DNA of 64,000 bases from Porticoccaceae bacterium (GTDB taxonomy: Bacteria > Pseudomonadota > Gammaproteobacteria > Pseudomonadales > Porticoccaceae), in assembly GCA_964229255.1 (NCBI GenBank), contig CAXRCX010000011.1, positions 141,546 to 205,545 on the forward strand, read 5' to 3'. A program made the position numbers and the translations under genes. The notes under the pieces are model-generated. The model did not search any database, was not told where the DNA came from, and was given only the letters and a program-made list of their open reading frames with translations. Position 1 is the stretch's first letter. Each line of letters begins with the position of its first letter. Shown here piece by piece: positions 31,542 to 41,947 of this stretch.

Positions 31542-34196
31542 ATGTTACCACCATTAATTAATATCGCCCCATTTCGCGATGCAATCGAAAACAACCGGTT
31601 GATCTTAACGGCTAACCAGCGTCTTGCCGCCCAGATTCAGCAGGCTTGGGGTAAGTCTATCTATGATAAAGCACAGGTGTGGAAAGCACCGCGGGTGATG
31701 TCACTGGAACACTGGCTAAGTTTTTGCTGGAATGAGCTTATCGATCAAAATCACAGCTTGGTAAAAGGCTGTGCCCAGGTTGGTCGACTACAAAATCTTT
31801 TTTACTGGGAAAAGGCTATTGCTCAACATCAAAATGATGCCGATCAAAGTTTTGCATCTATGGCCAATGACTGTTTTGATCTTCTGCAGCGATGGAAAAT
31901 TGAGATTGATCATGTTGATGAGCAGAGCTCAGCAATATATAAATTCAAGCAATGGGCAAAAACATATCAATCGCTATTAGACAAAAATAAACTGATAACC
32001 ACTGCATCTACATGGCGTTTGGTCGGTGAAGCCTTTAAGCAAGAGGCGTTTGCAGCAGAGCAAAAAATATACCTCTACGGTTTTCAATCAATTTCTCCAT
32101 TGCAACAATGGGTTATAGAACAAGCCGCCTCAAACAGTGAAGCCATAGAACTGAAGTCTGAATCTGGCGCAGTGTCTAAACTTGAATGCACAGATCCATC
32201 CGCCGAACTACAGACGGCTGCGCAATGGGCTGCGCGGGAACTTCTAAAAAATGCTGACCAGCGCATTGGTCTCGTGGTGCCCGATCTAAATAATCGCGTT
32301 CCTCAGGTTGCTCGAGTTATAAATGAAGCACTAGGTGCTGACAACTGTTCAACAGCGGTCAATATATCAGCGGGAGTTAAGTTAGCTGAAACCCCCATAC
32401 TCAATTCAACTCTGGCTCTGTTAGATATGTCAAAATACAAGCTACCTGTGGCGCACTGGCTTGCTATTCTCTACTCACCCTACTGTTGTTTTACCGACCT
32501 GCCAATTCAATTTAAGGTAGATTGTGAACTTGAAATACGCGATACCAAGCAACACGAATTTGGATTGGAAAAATTTATTCAAATAATCAGGGGCCGACAG
32601 GCATCGTCTGATAATCCTGACAGTCTGCAGCCCCAGCTGCAACCGCTCTATGATATTCAGCAATATATACGAAAAACCCATTCAACAGAAAAATCCTTTG
32701 TACAGTGGGCAGAGTTCTTTAATCAATACATCACAGAGCTTGGCTGGCCGGCTATCAAAAAACCCAGTAGCTTGCAGTACCAACAAATTCAGCATTGGGA
32801 AAAACTATTGGCCTCATTGGTTGAGCTGGATAATTTATCAATCACAATCAATCGCACTCGAGCACTGAGCTATCTGCATAAGTTGGCAAATGAGCAGCTA
32901 TTTCATCCCCAGACTGGTGACGCACCACTTCAGGTTCTCGGATTGCTTGAAGCTGTTGGTCTGCAATTTGACCAACTGTGGATTACTGGCATGGATAATT
33001 CTAACTTTCCCGCATCGGGTGCTATGAATCCTGTCCTACCCGCTAGTTTTCAGCGCCGATATAAAATGCCGTTTAGCGTACCTGAAAACGAGCTGTGTAT
33101 CGCCAAAAATCTACTACAGGGGTTTGCCTCTAGCAGCGCCAATCTTATTCTCAGCTTTTCTGCAACTGATGGAAACACCCCTTTAGAACAGAGTCCGCTT
33201 ATCAAACGCTTTAGTGAAAAAAATGCAAATACAACGGATGAAATCAGCCTACCAAAATGGCTAAACCAGCCCTATTCGTGTGATCTTATTACAGATGCCG
33301 GCTACCCATTTAGTGCAGATCAAGAACCTGTTCGCGGCGGTAGCTCTATCCTTAAAAATCAATCAACCTGTCCTTTTAATGCCTTTGCAATTCACAGACT
33401 ATGGGCTAAGGCACTCGAGCAACCCACATTGGGCCTCGAGGCTATGGATCGCGGTAGTATTACCCATGAAATCCTCTATCGGCTGTGGAGCCGGTGGAAA
33501 ACTTCCAAGGTTTTTTGCGGCCTGAGCGAGGAACAGCTCGATAGCCAGCTCTCGACAACTATTGATGAAGTTCTATCTGAGCAGGCTACCCTGTCCCCTA
33601 TTCTTCTTGGTGATAATTTTAGACAACTGGAAAAACAGCGCCTTACTAAAATACTTTATCAATGGCTAGATATTGAAAGAAATCGAGTGCCCTTCGAGGT
33701 CGTTCAAACTGAGCAAAAAAAGCAGATATCCTTTGGCGAATTGCATATTTCGTTAATTATGGATCGCCTGGATACTGTGGATGGTGAACAGCTCGTCATC
33801 GACTATAAAACAGGTTCAATTAAAGCTGATGTCTGGCTTGGTGATCGCCCCAAGGATCCACAACTGCCACTGTATATATTAGCGGCAGATTCGCAACCAT
33901 CTGGCTGTGCTTTTGCAATATTAAAAGGCGATGAACAGAAATTTATCGGTATCTCCAAGGAAAAGATAATAGACGGAGTAAAGCCATCGGACAGTTGGCA
34001 GTTTCAAATTGAGAAGTGGCAACAATCCATTGAAAAACTAGCTTTGGAATTTGTAGATGGCAAGGCACTACTACATAACTTCAATAAGGATCAATTTAAT
34101 TATCAAAGTGATTTGATTCCACTTAATCGTTGGCATGAACAGCAGGATATAGCAAGACTCAGAGAGGCAAAAGGGGTTGATAATGCAACAGACTAA
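31542..34196 (+). CDS. addB: AddB-like subunit: inactive helicase scaffold plus PD-(D/E)xK nuclease
   Basis: ILTANQRLA, QVLGLLEA.G..FD.LW, TCPF, RGS.THE, RLD...VIDYKTG, PQLPLY; overlaps the downstream AddA-like gene. Symbol by similarity of architecture. Confidence 0.75.
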   Translation: MLPPLINIAPFRDAIENNRLILTANQRLAAQIQQAWGKSIYDKAQVWKAPRVMSLEHWLSFCWNELIDQNHSLVKGCAQVGRLQNLFYWEKAIAQHQNDADQSFASMANDCFDLLQRWKIEIDHVDEQSSAIYKFKQWAKTYQSLLDKNKLITTASTWRLVGEAFKQEAFAAEQKIYLYGFQSISPLQQWVIEQAASNSEAIELKSESGAVSKLECTDPSAELQTAAQWAARELLKNADQRIGLVVPDLNNRVPQVARVINEALGADNCSTAVNISAGVKLAETPILNSTLALLDMSKYKLPVAHWLAILYSPYCCFTDLPIQFKVDCELEIRDTKQHEFGLEKFIQIIRGRQASSDNPDSLQPQLQPLYDIQQYIRKTHSTEKSFVQWAEFFNQYITELGWPAIKKPSSLQYQQIQHWEKLLASLVELDNLSITINRTRALSYLHKLANEQLFHPQTGDAPLQVLGLLEAVGLQFDQLWITGMDNSNFPASGAMNPVLPASFQRRYKMPFSVPENELCIAKNLLQGFASSSANLILSFSATDGNTPLEQSPLIKRFSEKNANTTDEISLPKWLNQPYSCDLITDAGYPFSADQEPVRGGSSILKNQSTCPFNAFAIHRLWAKALEQPTLGLEAMDRGSITHEILYRLWSRWKTSKVFCGLSEEQLDSQLSTTIDEVLSEQATLSPILLGDNFRQLEKQRLTKILYQWLDIERNRVPFEVVQTEQKKQISFGELHISLIMDRLDTVDGEQLVIDYKTGSIKADVWLGDRPKDPQLPLYILAADSQPSGCAFAILKGDEQKFIGISKEKIIDGVKPSDSWQFQIEKWQQSIEKLALEFVDGKALLHNFNKDQFNYQSDLIPLNRWHEQQDIARLREAKGVDNATD

Positions 34197-37100
34197 AGCC
34201 CCGAATATTGGACTGAGTGATGATCATGCTCGACAGCAAGCAATAGACCCTAATAATAGCTTTATTGTCTCTGCACCGGCGGGCTCCGGGAAAACTGGTT
34301 TAATAACCAAGCGTCTACTGAGGCTTTTGACTACCGTCGAAAACCCCGAGGAAATACTCTGTATCACCTTTACCCGAAAAGCGGCGTCAGAAATGCGTCA
34401 ACGAGTCCACAGCGCATTACTCTTTGCCAGTGAAAACCCAAGACCAAGCGATGATTTTGAAGCGGGAATTTGGGATCTTGCCACTGCAGCGCTTGCGAGG
34501 AATGAACAGTGCCAATGGAATCTTTTAGAGTTACCCTATCGCCTGCGGATAAAAACTATCGATAGTTTTTGTCACTACATTGCCAAGCAGTTTATGTTTG
34601 AAAATGGCTCTGGTGGCCTGCCAGACCAATCAGAACATCCCCAGACACTCTACCATTTAGCAGCACGTGAGCTATTGGGACACATCGAGAGTAACAATGC
34701 TACAGGTGAGGCTCTATCGACTGTTGTCAGACATATGGGCAATAATCTAAGTCGCTGTGAAAATCTGTTCGCCAACATGTTAAATAAGCGCGAACAATGG
34801 TTGCCACATATTTATACTGCGGCAAATAATAGCGACTATTTTCAGGTTGTTATAGAGCAGTTAATTATTGATGTCCTCGAACGTATAGAGCAGCAAATCT
34901 TTCCTATTGCTGCTGAGCTGATTGAACTGGCAGACTATGCCGGTAACAATGCACCAACTGAAAATTCTGAGCTGCAAAGTTTAAAAGGTATTGTCGATTT
35001 TCCACAAACCAATCAAATAGGTCTAAGGCAGTGGAAAACCATTCTGCGTATGTTGGTGAAAAAAGATAAGGATTTTTCGCCGCGAAAATCCATTACTATC
35101 CGCGAGGGTTTCCCGAAAGAAGATAAAAAAACCAAAGATCGAATGCTGAGGTTGCTTGCAGAATATAGCGACAACACCACACTGCAATCTCTGGTAGTTG
35201 ATGTTATGCATCTTCCAGACTCTGAGTTAAGTCAGGATCAGCATCAGATGTTAATGGCACTGGGAACATTATTACCGCAGTTAGCGGCAGTTTTAAAAAC
35301 TGTATTTCAGCAACAGGGACAGTCAGATTACTCTGAAATAACCATGGCCGCTCTCGATGCATTAGCGCCGGATACCAACACCGACGTTATTTCTGATATA
35401 ACCCTTAAACTGGATTATCAGTTAAAGCATATTCTAGTGGATGAATTCCAAGACACCTCAGGCTCTCAAATGCGCCTATTAGAGGCCCTAGTTGCAGGCT
35501 GGGAGCCCAACGACGGTCGCACCCTTTTTCTGGTAGGGGATGCTATGCAATCACTGTACAGCTTTAGGGACGCTCGAGTTGGCTTATTTATCAATGCCCA
35601 GCGTTATCCAATTGGGCCTGTGCAATGCATTGCACTGACTTTATGTAGCAATTTTCGCTCAAAACAAGGCATTGTGGATTGGGTTAATCATCATTTTGTC
35701 GAGGCATTTCCCGCTGAAGCTAATATTAATCGGGGTGCAGTACCCTATATTAAATCCACCGCAGTCAAATCTGCTGAACCATCCCAAGCCGTTTTTTTTC
35801 ATGGTTATAAAAGCGAAGAGACTAGTGATTACAGCAAGACTGAAGCACAGCATATCGCTCAGTTATGCCAGAAAATAAACCAAGAAAATCCCACTGACTC
35901 CACAGCCATTTTGGTGCGTAATCGCGGCCATTTAAAAGATATTGTGCCCGCACTAATAGAGGCAGAAATAAGCTGGGAGGCTGTGGATATAGATCCCCTT
36001 GGCAACAGGATGCCAGTGATTGATTTGATGTCGATTACCCGAGTACTATTGTCCCCAGCCGATAGAATTGCATGGCTTGCTGTTTTGCGCGCGCCTTTTT
36101 GTGGCCTCTCACTCAAAGACCTCGTGGTATTAACACAGGCTAAAGAATCCAGTGGCAAACAACCCAAATGTATTTTAGAGAAACTCTATCAGTGGCAACA
36201 GAGCCCGGCTATATTTAGCCAATTAAGTGCAGACGGCAGGGACATTTTGCATCGTATATCACCATTGATCTGCAATGCTTGGAGCAACCGTGATACAGAT
36301 AATTTACGCAATCTAGTTGAGCAACTATGGATTGCTCTGGGCGGCCCAGCAACGTTATTAAATCAACGGGATATCTATGATGCACGCCGCTATCTAGATC
36401 TATTAGAAAGCTGGGAGATAGCAGGAACTATTCAGGATTGGAACGAATTTAGCAACGCTGTCGACTATTTGTATGCCCAGCCAATTGCGGTAGCAAATCC
36501 ACAACAGTCTAAACCTATCCAAATAATGACGATCCACAAAGCTAAGGGTCTGGAGTTTGACCATGTGATTTTACCCGCATTACACAAAACTCCTAGATCC
36601 AATGAAAATCAATTATTGCGTTGGCAAGAGCAAGTGGATGATCAAAACCAATCCTCGCTGTTATTAGCAGCATTGGGGCCCTACGATGAGGATAATGACC
36701 CCATATACGCCTACCTCAAGCATGAACAATCGGCGCGAATCATTTTAGAAAACACAAGGGTGCTCTATGTAGCGGCAACCAGAGCTGTCCGTCAGTTACA
36801 CCTTTTTGCTAAAGTAAAAGAAACTAAAACTGGCTGGCAAACACCCGCAAAAACAAGCCTTCTAATCAGTATTTGGCCCTCGTTAAAAAACCGCATCGAC
36901 CAACCGGGCTATCAAGTAACCTCTACTGATAATAACCACAAACCAAACCCCAGTGATCAGCAGGCACCACCAACAGAAAATTTCTATCGAAGGTTATCAC
37001 CGCAACATAAATCTATATGCATGCCAACTGGTTTGATGACACTGGGGGTCAGTAATCACTATGCAGAAGCTAAAACAACTGATCCACTTGACTACAGAGC

Positions 37101-37617
37101 TCGACATCTGGGTACTGCTCTGCATAGAACGCTTAAACAAATAGCGTCTGACGGCATTGAAAAATGGCCGCTTGATAGAAGAAATACCCTAGGTGAAAGC
37201 TGGAAATCCACGCTTAAACAACTGGGAATCATCGCATCAGCTGAGGAACTCTCAGGATTGAAACAATCAATAGAAACCATGCTTGATGATAGTCGCGGTC
37301 GCTGGATACTGGATCAACATGAGGACCAACACTGCGAGCAAGAGCTATGTTACTTTGATAGTCTCAGTCAATCCTATAAAAAATCAGTCATTGATAGAAC
37401 TTTTGTTCACAGTGGTGAGCGCTGGGTTATAGACTATAAGTACGCTGTACCAATGAATAATGAATCTGAACAGAGTTTTTGTGAGCGTCAAATTGAATCC
37501 TACAAGCCGCAGTTAGATCATTATGCGCAACTCTACCAAAAACTCGATACAAAAAAAGTCCGATGTGCGCTCTATTTTCCTCAAACAGCCGTATTCATTG
37601 AAGTTACAGCCAATTAA
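34183..37617 (+). CDS. addA: AddA-like UvrD-family helicase with C-terminal RecB-type nuclease
   Basis: APAGSGKT, ITFTRKAA, LVDEFQDTS, VGDAMQSLYSFR, NFRS, MTIHKAKGLEFD, LYVAATRA, IDR...VIDYK; ATG at 34183. Confidence 0.82.
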   Translation: MQQTKAPNIGLSDDHARQQAIDPNNSFIVSAPAGSGKTGLITKRLLRLLTTVENPEEILCITFTRKAASEMRQRVHSALLFASENPRPSDDFEAGIWDLATAALARNEQCQWNLLELPYRLRIKTIDSFCHYIAKQFMFENGSGGLPDQSEHPQTLYHLAARELLGHIESNNATGEALSTVVRHMGNNLSRCENLFANMLNKREQWLPHIYTAANNSDYFQVVIEQLIIDVLERIEQQIFPIAAELIELADYAGNNAPTENSELQSLKGIVDFPQTNQIGLRQWKTILRMLVKKDKDFSPRKSITIREGFPKEDKKTKDRMLRLLAEYSDNTTLQSLVVDVMHLPDSELSQDQHQMLMALGTLLPQLAAVLKTVFQQQGQSDYSEITMAALDALAPDTNTDVISDITLKLDYQLKHILVDEFQDTSGSQMRLLEALVAGWEPNDGRTLFLVGDAMQSLYSFRDARVGLFINAQRYPIGPVQCIALTLCSNFRSKQGIVDWVNHHFVEAFPAEANINRGAVPYIKSTAVKSAEPSQAVFFHGYKSEETSDYSKTEAQHIAQLCQKINQENPTDSTAILVRNRGHLKDIVPALIEAEISWEAVDIDPLGNRMPVIDLMSITRVLLSPADRIAWLAVLRAPFCGLSLKDLVVLTQAKESSGKQPKCILEKLYQWQQSPAIFSQLSADGRDILHRISPLICNAWSNRDTDNLRNLVEQLWIALGGPATLLNQRDIYDARRYLDLLESWEIAGTIQDWNEFSNAVDYLYAQPIAVANPQQSKPIQIMTIHKAKGLEFDHVILPALHKTPRSNENQLLRWQEQVDDQNQSSLLLAALGPYDEDNDPIYAYLKHEQSARIILENTRVLYVAATRAVRQLHLFAKVKETKTGWQTPAKTSLLISIWPSLKNRIDQPGYQVTSTDNNHKPNPSDQQAPPTENFYRRLSPQHKSICMPTGLMTLGVSNHYAEAKTTDPLDYRARHLGTALHRTLKQIASDGIEKWPLDRRNTLGESWKSTLKQLGIIASAEELSGLKQSIETMLDDSRGRWILDQHEDQHCEQELCYFDSLSQSYKKSVIDRTFVHSGERWVIDYKYAVPMNNESEQSFCERQIESYKPQLDHYAQLYQKLDTKKVRCALYFPQTAVFIEVTAN

Positions 37618-37688
37618 TCTTTCCCTGCGGTGATTTTCAAGTACAATATAAATATTGGGGAACTTGTTAACAATTAGGAATTAAAATA

Positions 37689-38756
37689 ATGGATACTCAA
37701 GCAGTTGAGAATATTAATATCGAAGCGCCGGAAATTCTGATCACACCCAAAGAACTAAAGCGCGAGATACCACTCACCGATAAAGCACGCAAAACTGTTG
37801 CTGAGGGCCGTCAGGTTATTGAAAATATTCTTGCAGGAAAAGATCACCGCGTACTTGTTGTGGTTGGCCCCTGCTCTATTCATGATCTAGAAGCCGCCAA
37901 TGACTACGCTCTTCGACTAAAAAAACTAGCGGAAAAAGTCAGCGACACCCTGTTTATTGTGATGCGCGTTTATTTTGAAAAGCCACGCACAACGGTGGGT
38001 TGGAAAGGCTTGATTAATGACCCCTATATGAATGACTCATTTAAAATAACCGATGGTCTGCATATTGGACGCAAGCTATTGCGAGATATCCTCGAAATCG
38101 GCCTGCCCACTGCTACAGAGGCGCTAGATCCAATTTCTCCTCAGTATCTACAAGATCTGATTTCCTGGTCAGCCATTGGCGCGCGCACCACAGAATCACA
38201 AACACACCGTGAAATGGCATCTGGCCTGTCATCTTCCATCGGATTTAAAAATGGCACCGATGGTGGCCTAACGGTAGCTATTAACGCACTCCAGTCGGTT
38301 GCCAATCCCCATAGATTTTTGGGCATCAACTCCGACGGCAAGGTCTCTATAGTAACCACGCGGGGCAACCCCAATGCCCATGTTGTTCTGCGCGGTGGCA
38401 ATGGCAAACCCAACTACGACTCCGTCAGTGTATCAATATGCGAACAGGAGCTAGAAGCAGCCAATATCAAGCCAAATATTATGGTTGACTGCAGTCACGC
38501 AAACTCCAATAAAGATCACAACCTTCAGCCATTGGTTCTAGACAATGTAAGCAACCAAATTTTAGAGGGTAATAAGTCAATTATTGGTGTGATGATCGAG
38601 AGTAATATCAACGCCGGCAATCAAAAACTTTCATCAAACCCAGATGAGATGGAGTATGGTGTATCTGTAACTGATGCCTGTATTGACTGGGAAACAACCG
38701 AAAAATCACTCACTGAAATGGCAGATAAACTCCGTGAGGTTTTAAAGAGTCGATAA
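37689..38756 (+). CDS. 3-deoxy-7-phosphoheptulonate (DAHP) synthase, class I-alpha (AroF/G/H family)
   Basis: VGPCSIHD, MRVYFEKPRTTVGWKGLINDP, IGARTTESQTHRE, FKNGTDG, LRGG, DCSHANS, SVTDAC. Confidence 0.95.
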   Translation: MDTQAVENINIEAPEILITPKELKREIPLTDKARKTVAEGRQVIENILAGKDHRVLVVVGPCSIHDLEAANDYALRLKKLAEKVSDTLFIVMRVYFEKPRTTVGWKGLINDPYMNDSFKITDGLHIGRKLLRDILEIGLPTATEALDPISPQYLQDLISWSAIGARTTESQTHREMASGLSSSIGFKNGTDGGLTVAINALQSVANPHRFLGINSDGKVSIVTTRGNPNAHVVLRGGNGKPNYDSVSVSICEQELEAANIKPNIMVDCSHANSNKDHNLQPLVLDNVSNQILEGNKSIIGVMIESNINAGNQKLSSNPDEMEYGVSVTDACIDWETTEKSLTEMADKLREVLKSR

Positions 38757-38773
38757 CAGGAACAGATTAGCTT

Positions 38774-39469
38774 ATGCCCAAGCTTTTAGTTTTAATCGCA
38801 GCTATCGTCGCCCTCTGGTACTGGTGGACTTACCAGAAAAATTTAGCCAGTGATAAGCGCAGACCATTTCTGTGGAAAAGTGGCTTCTGGTTAATCCTGA
38901 GTATTGCTATTTACCTTGTTGTCACTGGGCGCATGCATTGGCTTGGGGCGGGCATTGCAGCGCTGGTGCCAATACTGCGTACCATACTGATCTGGGGTGG
39001 TAGAGCTGGACCCCTACTGCGATTATTTGGCCGCTTTAAAACCACACCCTCTCAATTTAGAAGCCAGTTTTTAGTTGTAACTATTAATTTTTCCAGCGGC
39101 AGTATTGACGGCGAAATTATATCGGGTGATTTTAGCGGAAAAAAACTAGCTGAACTTTCTGAGGCTGAATTAAAACAACTTTTAGAGCAATACAAAGCCT
39201 CAGATAAAGAGTCCTATATATTGTTGCAGGCTTATTTAATTCGCAGTGGCTCGTCGAGTGGTCAGAGCTATCAGCAATACAACCCCAGCAATATCAGTGA
39301 ACTATCCACCAATGAGGCCTATGAAATACTGGGGTTGCCTAATACGGCTACCAAAGACGAAATTGTTAAAGCGCATAAACGACTAATGCAAAGAATGCAT
39401 CCAGATCGAGGCGGCAGTGACTACCTAGCCGCCAAAATTAATGCCGCAAAAGATCTACTTATTAAATAA
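38774..39469 (+). CDS. Membrane-anchored protein with C-terminal DnaJ (J) domain
   Basis: N-terminal hydrophobic segments; EAYEILGL...[28 protein letters not shown] with HPD motif. Confidence 0.85.
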   Translation: MPKLLVLIAAIVALWYWWTYQKNLASDKRRPFLWKSGFWLILSIAIYLVVTGRMHWLGAGIAALVPILRTILIWGGRAGPLLRLFGRFKTTPSQFRSQFLVVTINFSSGSIDGEIISGDFSGKKLAELSEAELKQLLEQYKASDKESYILLQAYLIRSGSSSGQSYQQYNPSNISELSTNEAYEILGLPNTATKDEIVKAHKRLMQRMHPDRGGSDYLAAKINAAKDLLIK

Positions 39470-39546
39470 TTATTAATCCAACATACACTCTAGCCTGTAA
39501 GGTAAATCAACCCTACAATAGGGTTTTAGTGTAAAAGGTTCATACT

Positions 39547-40683
39547 ATGTCAAATCACAGCCCAACCATTGCGTTAAGCCAAGAGCTTATTTCACGCGCC
39601 TCTGTAACGCCAGAGGATGCTGGCTGTCAGCAACTTATGGCCGACAGACTATTCGCTATTGGTTTTGAAATTGAACATCTACGCTTTGATAATGTTGATA
39701 ATTTCTGGGCTATTCGCGGTGATTCAGGGCCAATTCTATGCTTTGCTGGACATACTGACGTGGTAGCTTCGGGTCCAGAAAGCAAATGGCAAACGCCGCC
39801 GTTCGAGCCAACCATCAAAGATGGCATGCTCTATGGTAGAGGCGCCGCCGATATGAAAGGCTCTCTAGCAGCAATGGTAGTAGCAGTTGAACAATTTATT
39901 GCTGAAAACCCCAATCACAGTGGGCGCATTGCTTTTCTTATTACTAGTGATGAGGAAGGATTAGCTGCAAATGGCACAGTCAAAGTTGTTGAATGGCTCA
40001 CTCAACAACAAATTATTCCCGATTACTGTTTGGTTGGTGAGCCTTCGAGCAGTACTCAGTGTGGTGATACCATTAAAAATGGACGCCGCGGTTCGCTGGG
40101 TTGTGAGATGCGAATTCTTGGGCAACAGGGTCATGTGGCCTATCCACACCTTGCCAGCAATCCAATTCATACAGCGGCCCCTGCCCTTGCAGAATTATCA
40201 AGCCATGAATGGGATCGCGGCAATGATTTCTTTCCAGCCACCAGTTTTCAGATATCCAATATCAATGCCGGCACTGGAGCGACCAATGTAATCCCCGGAG
40301 AGCTTAGCGTTATATTTAACTTTCGATTCTCAACGGAGGTAACAGACCAACAACTTCGTCAAAGAACCGAGCAGATACTGGATAAATATCAACTCGACTA
40401 CGAGCTAAATTGGCATTTAAGTGGTCAACCATTTTTAACCGCAGAGGGTGAGCTCGTAGATGCAGCAGTCAAAGCTGTCAAAGAAGTGACTGGCTTGGAC
40501 ACTAAACTTTCAACCGCAGGCGGCACCTCTGATGGCAGATTTATTGCGCCGATGGGCACTCAGGTTGTTGAACTCGGACCTGTTAATGCAACCATTCATC
40601 AAATTGATGAGTGCGCCTCTGTGGATGATTTAAATAAGCTCTGTGACATATACCAATCACTGCTAAAGCATCTATTTACATAG
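39547..40683 (+). CDS. dapE: Succinyl-diaminopimelate desuccinylase
   Basis: [52 protein letters not shown]. Confidence 0.97.
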   Translation: MSNHSPTIALSQELISRASVTPEDAGCQQLMADRLFAIGFEIEHLRFDNVDNFWAIRGDSGPILCFAGHTDVVASGPESKWQTPPFEPTIKDGMLYGRGAADMKGSLAAMVVAVEQFIAENPNHSGRIAFLITSDEEGLAANGTVKVVEWLTQQQIIPDYCLVGEPSSSTQCGDTIKNGRRGSLGCEMRILGQQGHVAYPHLASNPIHTAAPALAELSSHEWDRGNDFFPATSFQISNINAGTGATNVIPGELSVIFNFRFSTEVTDQQLRQRTEQILDKYQLDYELNWHLSGQPFLTAEGELVDAAVKAVKEVTGLDTKLSTAGGTSDGRFIAPMGTQVVELGPVNATIHQIDECASVDDLNKLCDIYQSLLKHLFT

Positions 40684-40688
40684 GCCTA

Positions 40689-41492
40689 CTACCTGGGCAA
40701 CTTTTGCTTAGCAAAGATATCGTAACGGGTGGATTTGCCCTGCAGGGAATAACTGGGCTCAATCATCCCCAAATAGTCTGAATTGGCTGGCCTTTTCACC
40801 ACCAAGCGATAAACTGCTTTATCTAAGGCTTTTTGCAGTGTAATTGCAGCATCTTCATCTTCACCAACAATTCTGTGCAGTGCCTGCATTTCTTTTTTCA
40901 CCTGCGCGGATTTTTTCCGCGGTGGAAACATTGGATCTAAATAAATAACATCGGGAAAACTGGATGTACCCAAGGAATCCAAGTAATTACAGCTGTTTAT
41001 ATGAGTCAATTCCATGCGATCAATTATCGCGGCTAAACTATCATCATCCTCGCCCGCTAAATGGGCTCGCTCTAAGCCATCCTTCAACAGGAGGTAAACA
41101 ATAGGATTGCGCTCTAGGAGCTTAACCCTACAGCCTAAACTGGCCAAGACAAAAGCATCTGAGCCCAATCCAGCAGTTAGATCGAGTACATTTGGCAAAA
41201 ACTTACCTGAAACGCCAACTGCCTTAGCAATCATCTGCCCATTTCCACCACCATAATTCCTGCGATGGCGATGGCTACCAGAGACAAAATCACAGCGAAT
41301 AGCACCATGGTTTTGGGTATTAGAAAGAAAACTTAGACCATCTTTAGATAGATTGATTGAAAAATCAGCCATCTCAGACAATTCTCGTCTATTGCTCTCT
41401 ATTTCTACAAGTGGAAGATCTAATAGCGAACAAATATGCTGGGCTGATTGCCTATAGCTGTTATCAGAAATAGTAACAATAATTTTAGTCAT
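40689..41492 (-). CDS. rsmJ: 16S rRNA G1516 methyltransferase RsmJ (YhiQ) family
   Basis: VLDLTAGLGSDAFVLASLG, LERNP, VIYLDPMFP, VKKEMQ, VVKRP, GKSTRYD. Confidence 0.92.
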   Translation of the reverse strand: MTKIIVTISDNSYRQSAQHICSLLDLPLVEIESNRRELSEMADFSINLSKDGLSFLSNTQNHGAIRCDFVSGSHRHRRNYGGGNGQMIAKAVGVSGKFLPNVLDLTAGLGSDAFVLASLGCRVKLLERNPIVYLLLKDGLERAHLAGEDDDSLAAIIDRMELTHINSCNYLDSLGTSSFPDVIYLDPMFPPRKKSAQVKKEMQALHRIVGEDEDAAITLQKALDKAVYRLVVKRPANSDYLGMIEPSYSLQGKSTRYDIFAKQKLPR

Positions 41493-41665
41493 AGGCGTAT
41501 TTAAACACAGTTTTTCTCAAGCAGTTATGCAATAGGAATACTTAATAATTAGTCCGTAATAATAACAGGATAGATATGATTAAAATTAAAACATGTACCT
41601 ACTTTGGTGCATTTGCTTAAAAACTTGTAGTCATATTGATAACTATCACCAGATAGGTGCATTTT

Positions 41666-41700
41666 TTGTCCACAGATCCTGTGGATAACTTTGTGGAATA
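41666..41700. promoter_or_regulatory. DnaA-box triad (DARS-core-like)
   Basis: TTGTCCACA (41666-74, 1 mismatch to TTWTNCACA), GATCC, TGTGGATAA (41680-88, perfect, reverse), CTT, TGTGGAATA (41692-700, reverse, 1 mismatch). Confidence 0.75.
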
Positions 41701-41786
41701 CTACTTTAGCAACTGCAATTAACCTAGAAAAACCAAAGGATTTATACAGATTGATTATTTTTTGTACAGTAAAAAAATACTTGCAA

Positions 41787-41829
41787 AAACAATGACTTAA
41801 AATTATTGAGAGAAATAATCAATAACTTA
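41787..41829 (+). promoter_or_regulatory. Tandem IHF-consensus sites
   Basis: AATCAATAACTTA at 41817-29 matches WATCAANNNNTTR perfectly; AAACAATGACTTA at 41787-99 has 1 mismatch; 30-bp spacing. Confidence 0.6.
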
Positions 41830-41870
41830 GCGAGGTTTATTAAAGTAATATTTTAGAAAAAAGGTGTATC

Positions 41871-41879
41871 TGTGGAAAA
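41871..41879 (-). promoter_or_regulatory. Distal DnaA box
   Basis: TGTGGAAAA, reverse complement TTTTCCACA, matches TTWTNCACA perfectly. Confidence 0.6.
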
Positions 41880-41947
41880 AGATCAATAGAATTAGAAAAT
41901 AAGTAGTAATACCTATGCCGAGCTAGAGTCAAAATTTAGCTAAAGAA

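Noticed and set aside
39509-39527. AACCCTA-CAA-TAGGGTT hairpin before dapE
   Set aside because: Weak stem with a 3-nt loop that overlaps a possible TACAAT -10; cannot call it a terminator or a promoter.
41493-41947. Interpretation of the DnaA-box region as oriC
   Set aside because: No dnaA, dnaN, gidA or rpmH nearby and no clear DUE repeat array; triad geometry fits a DARS better. Not fully excluded without GC-skew data.
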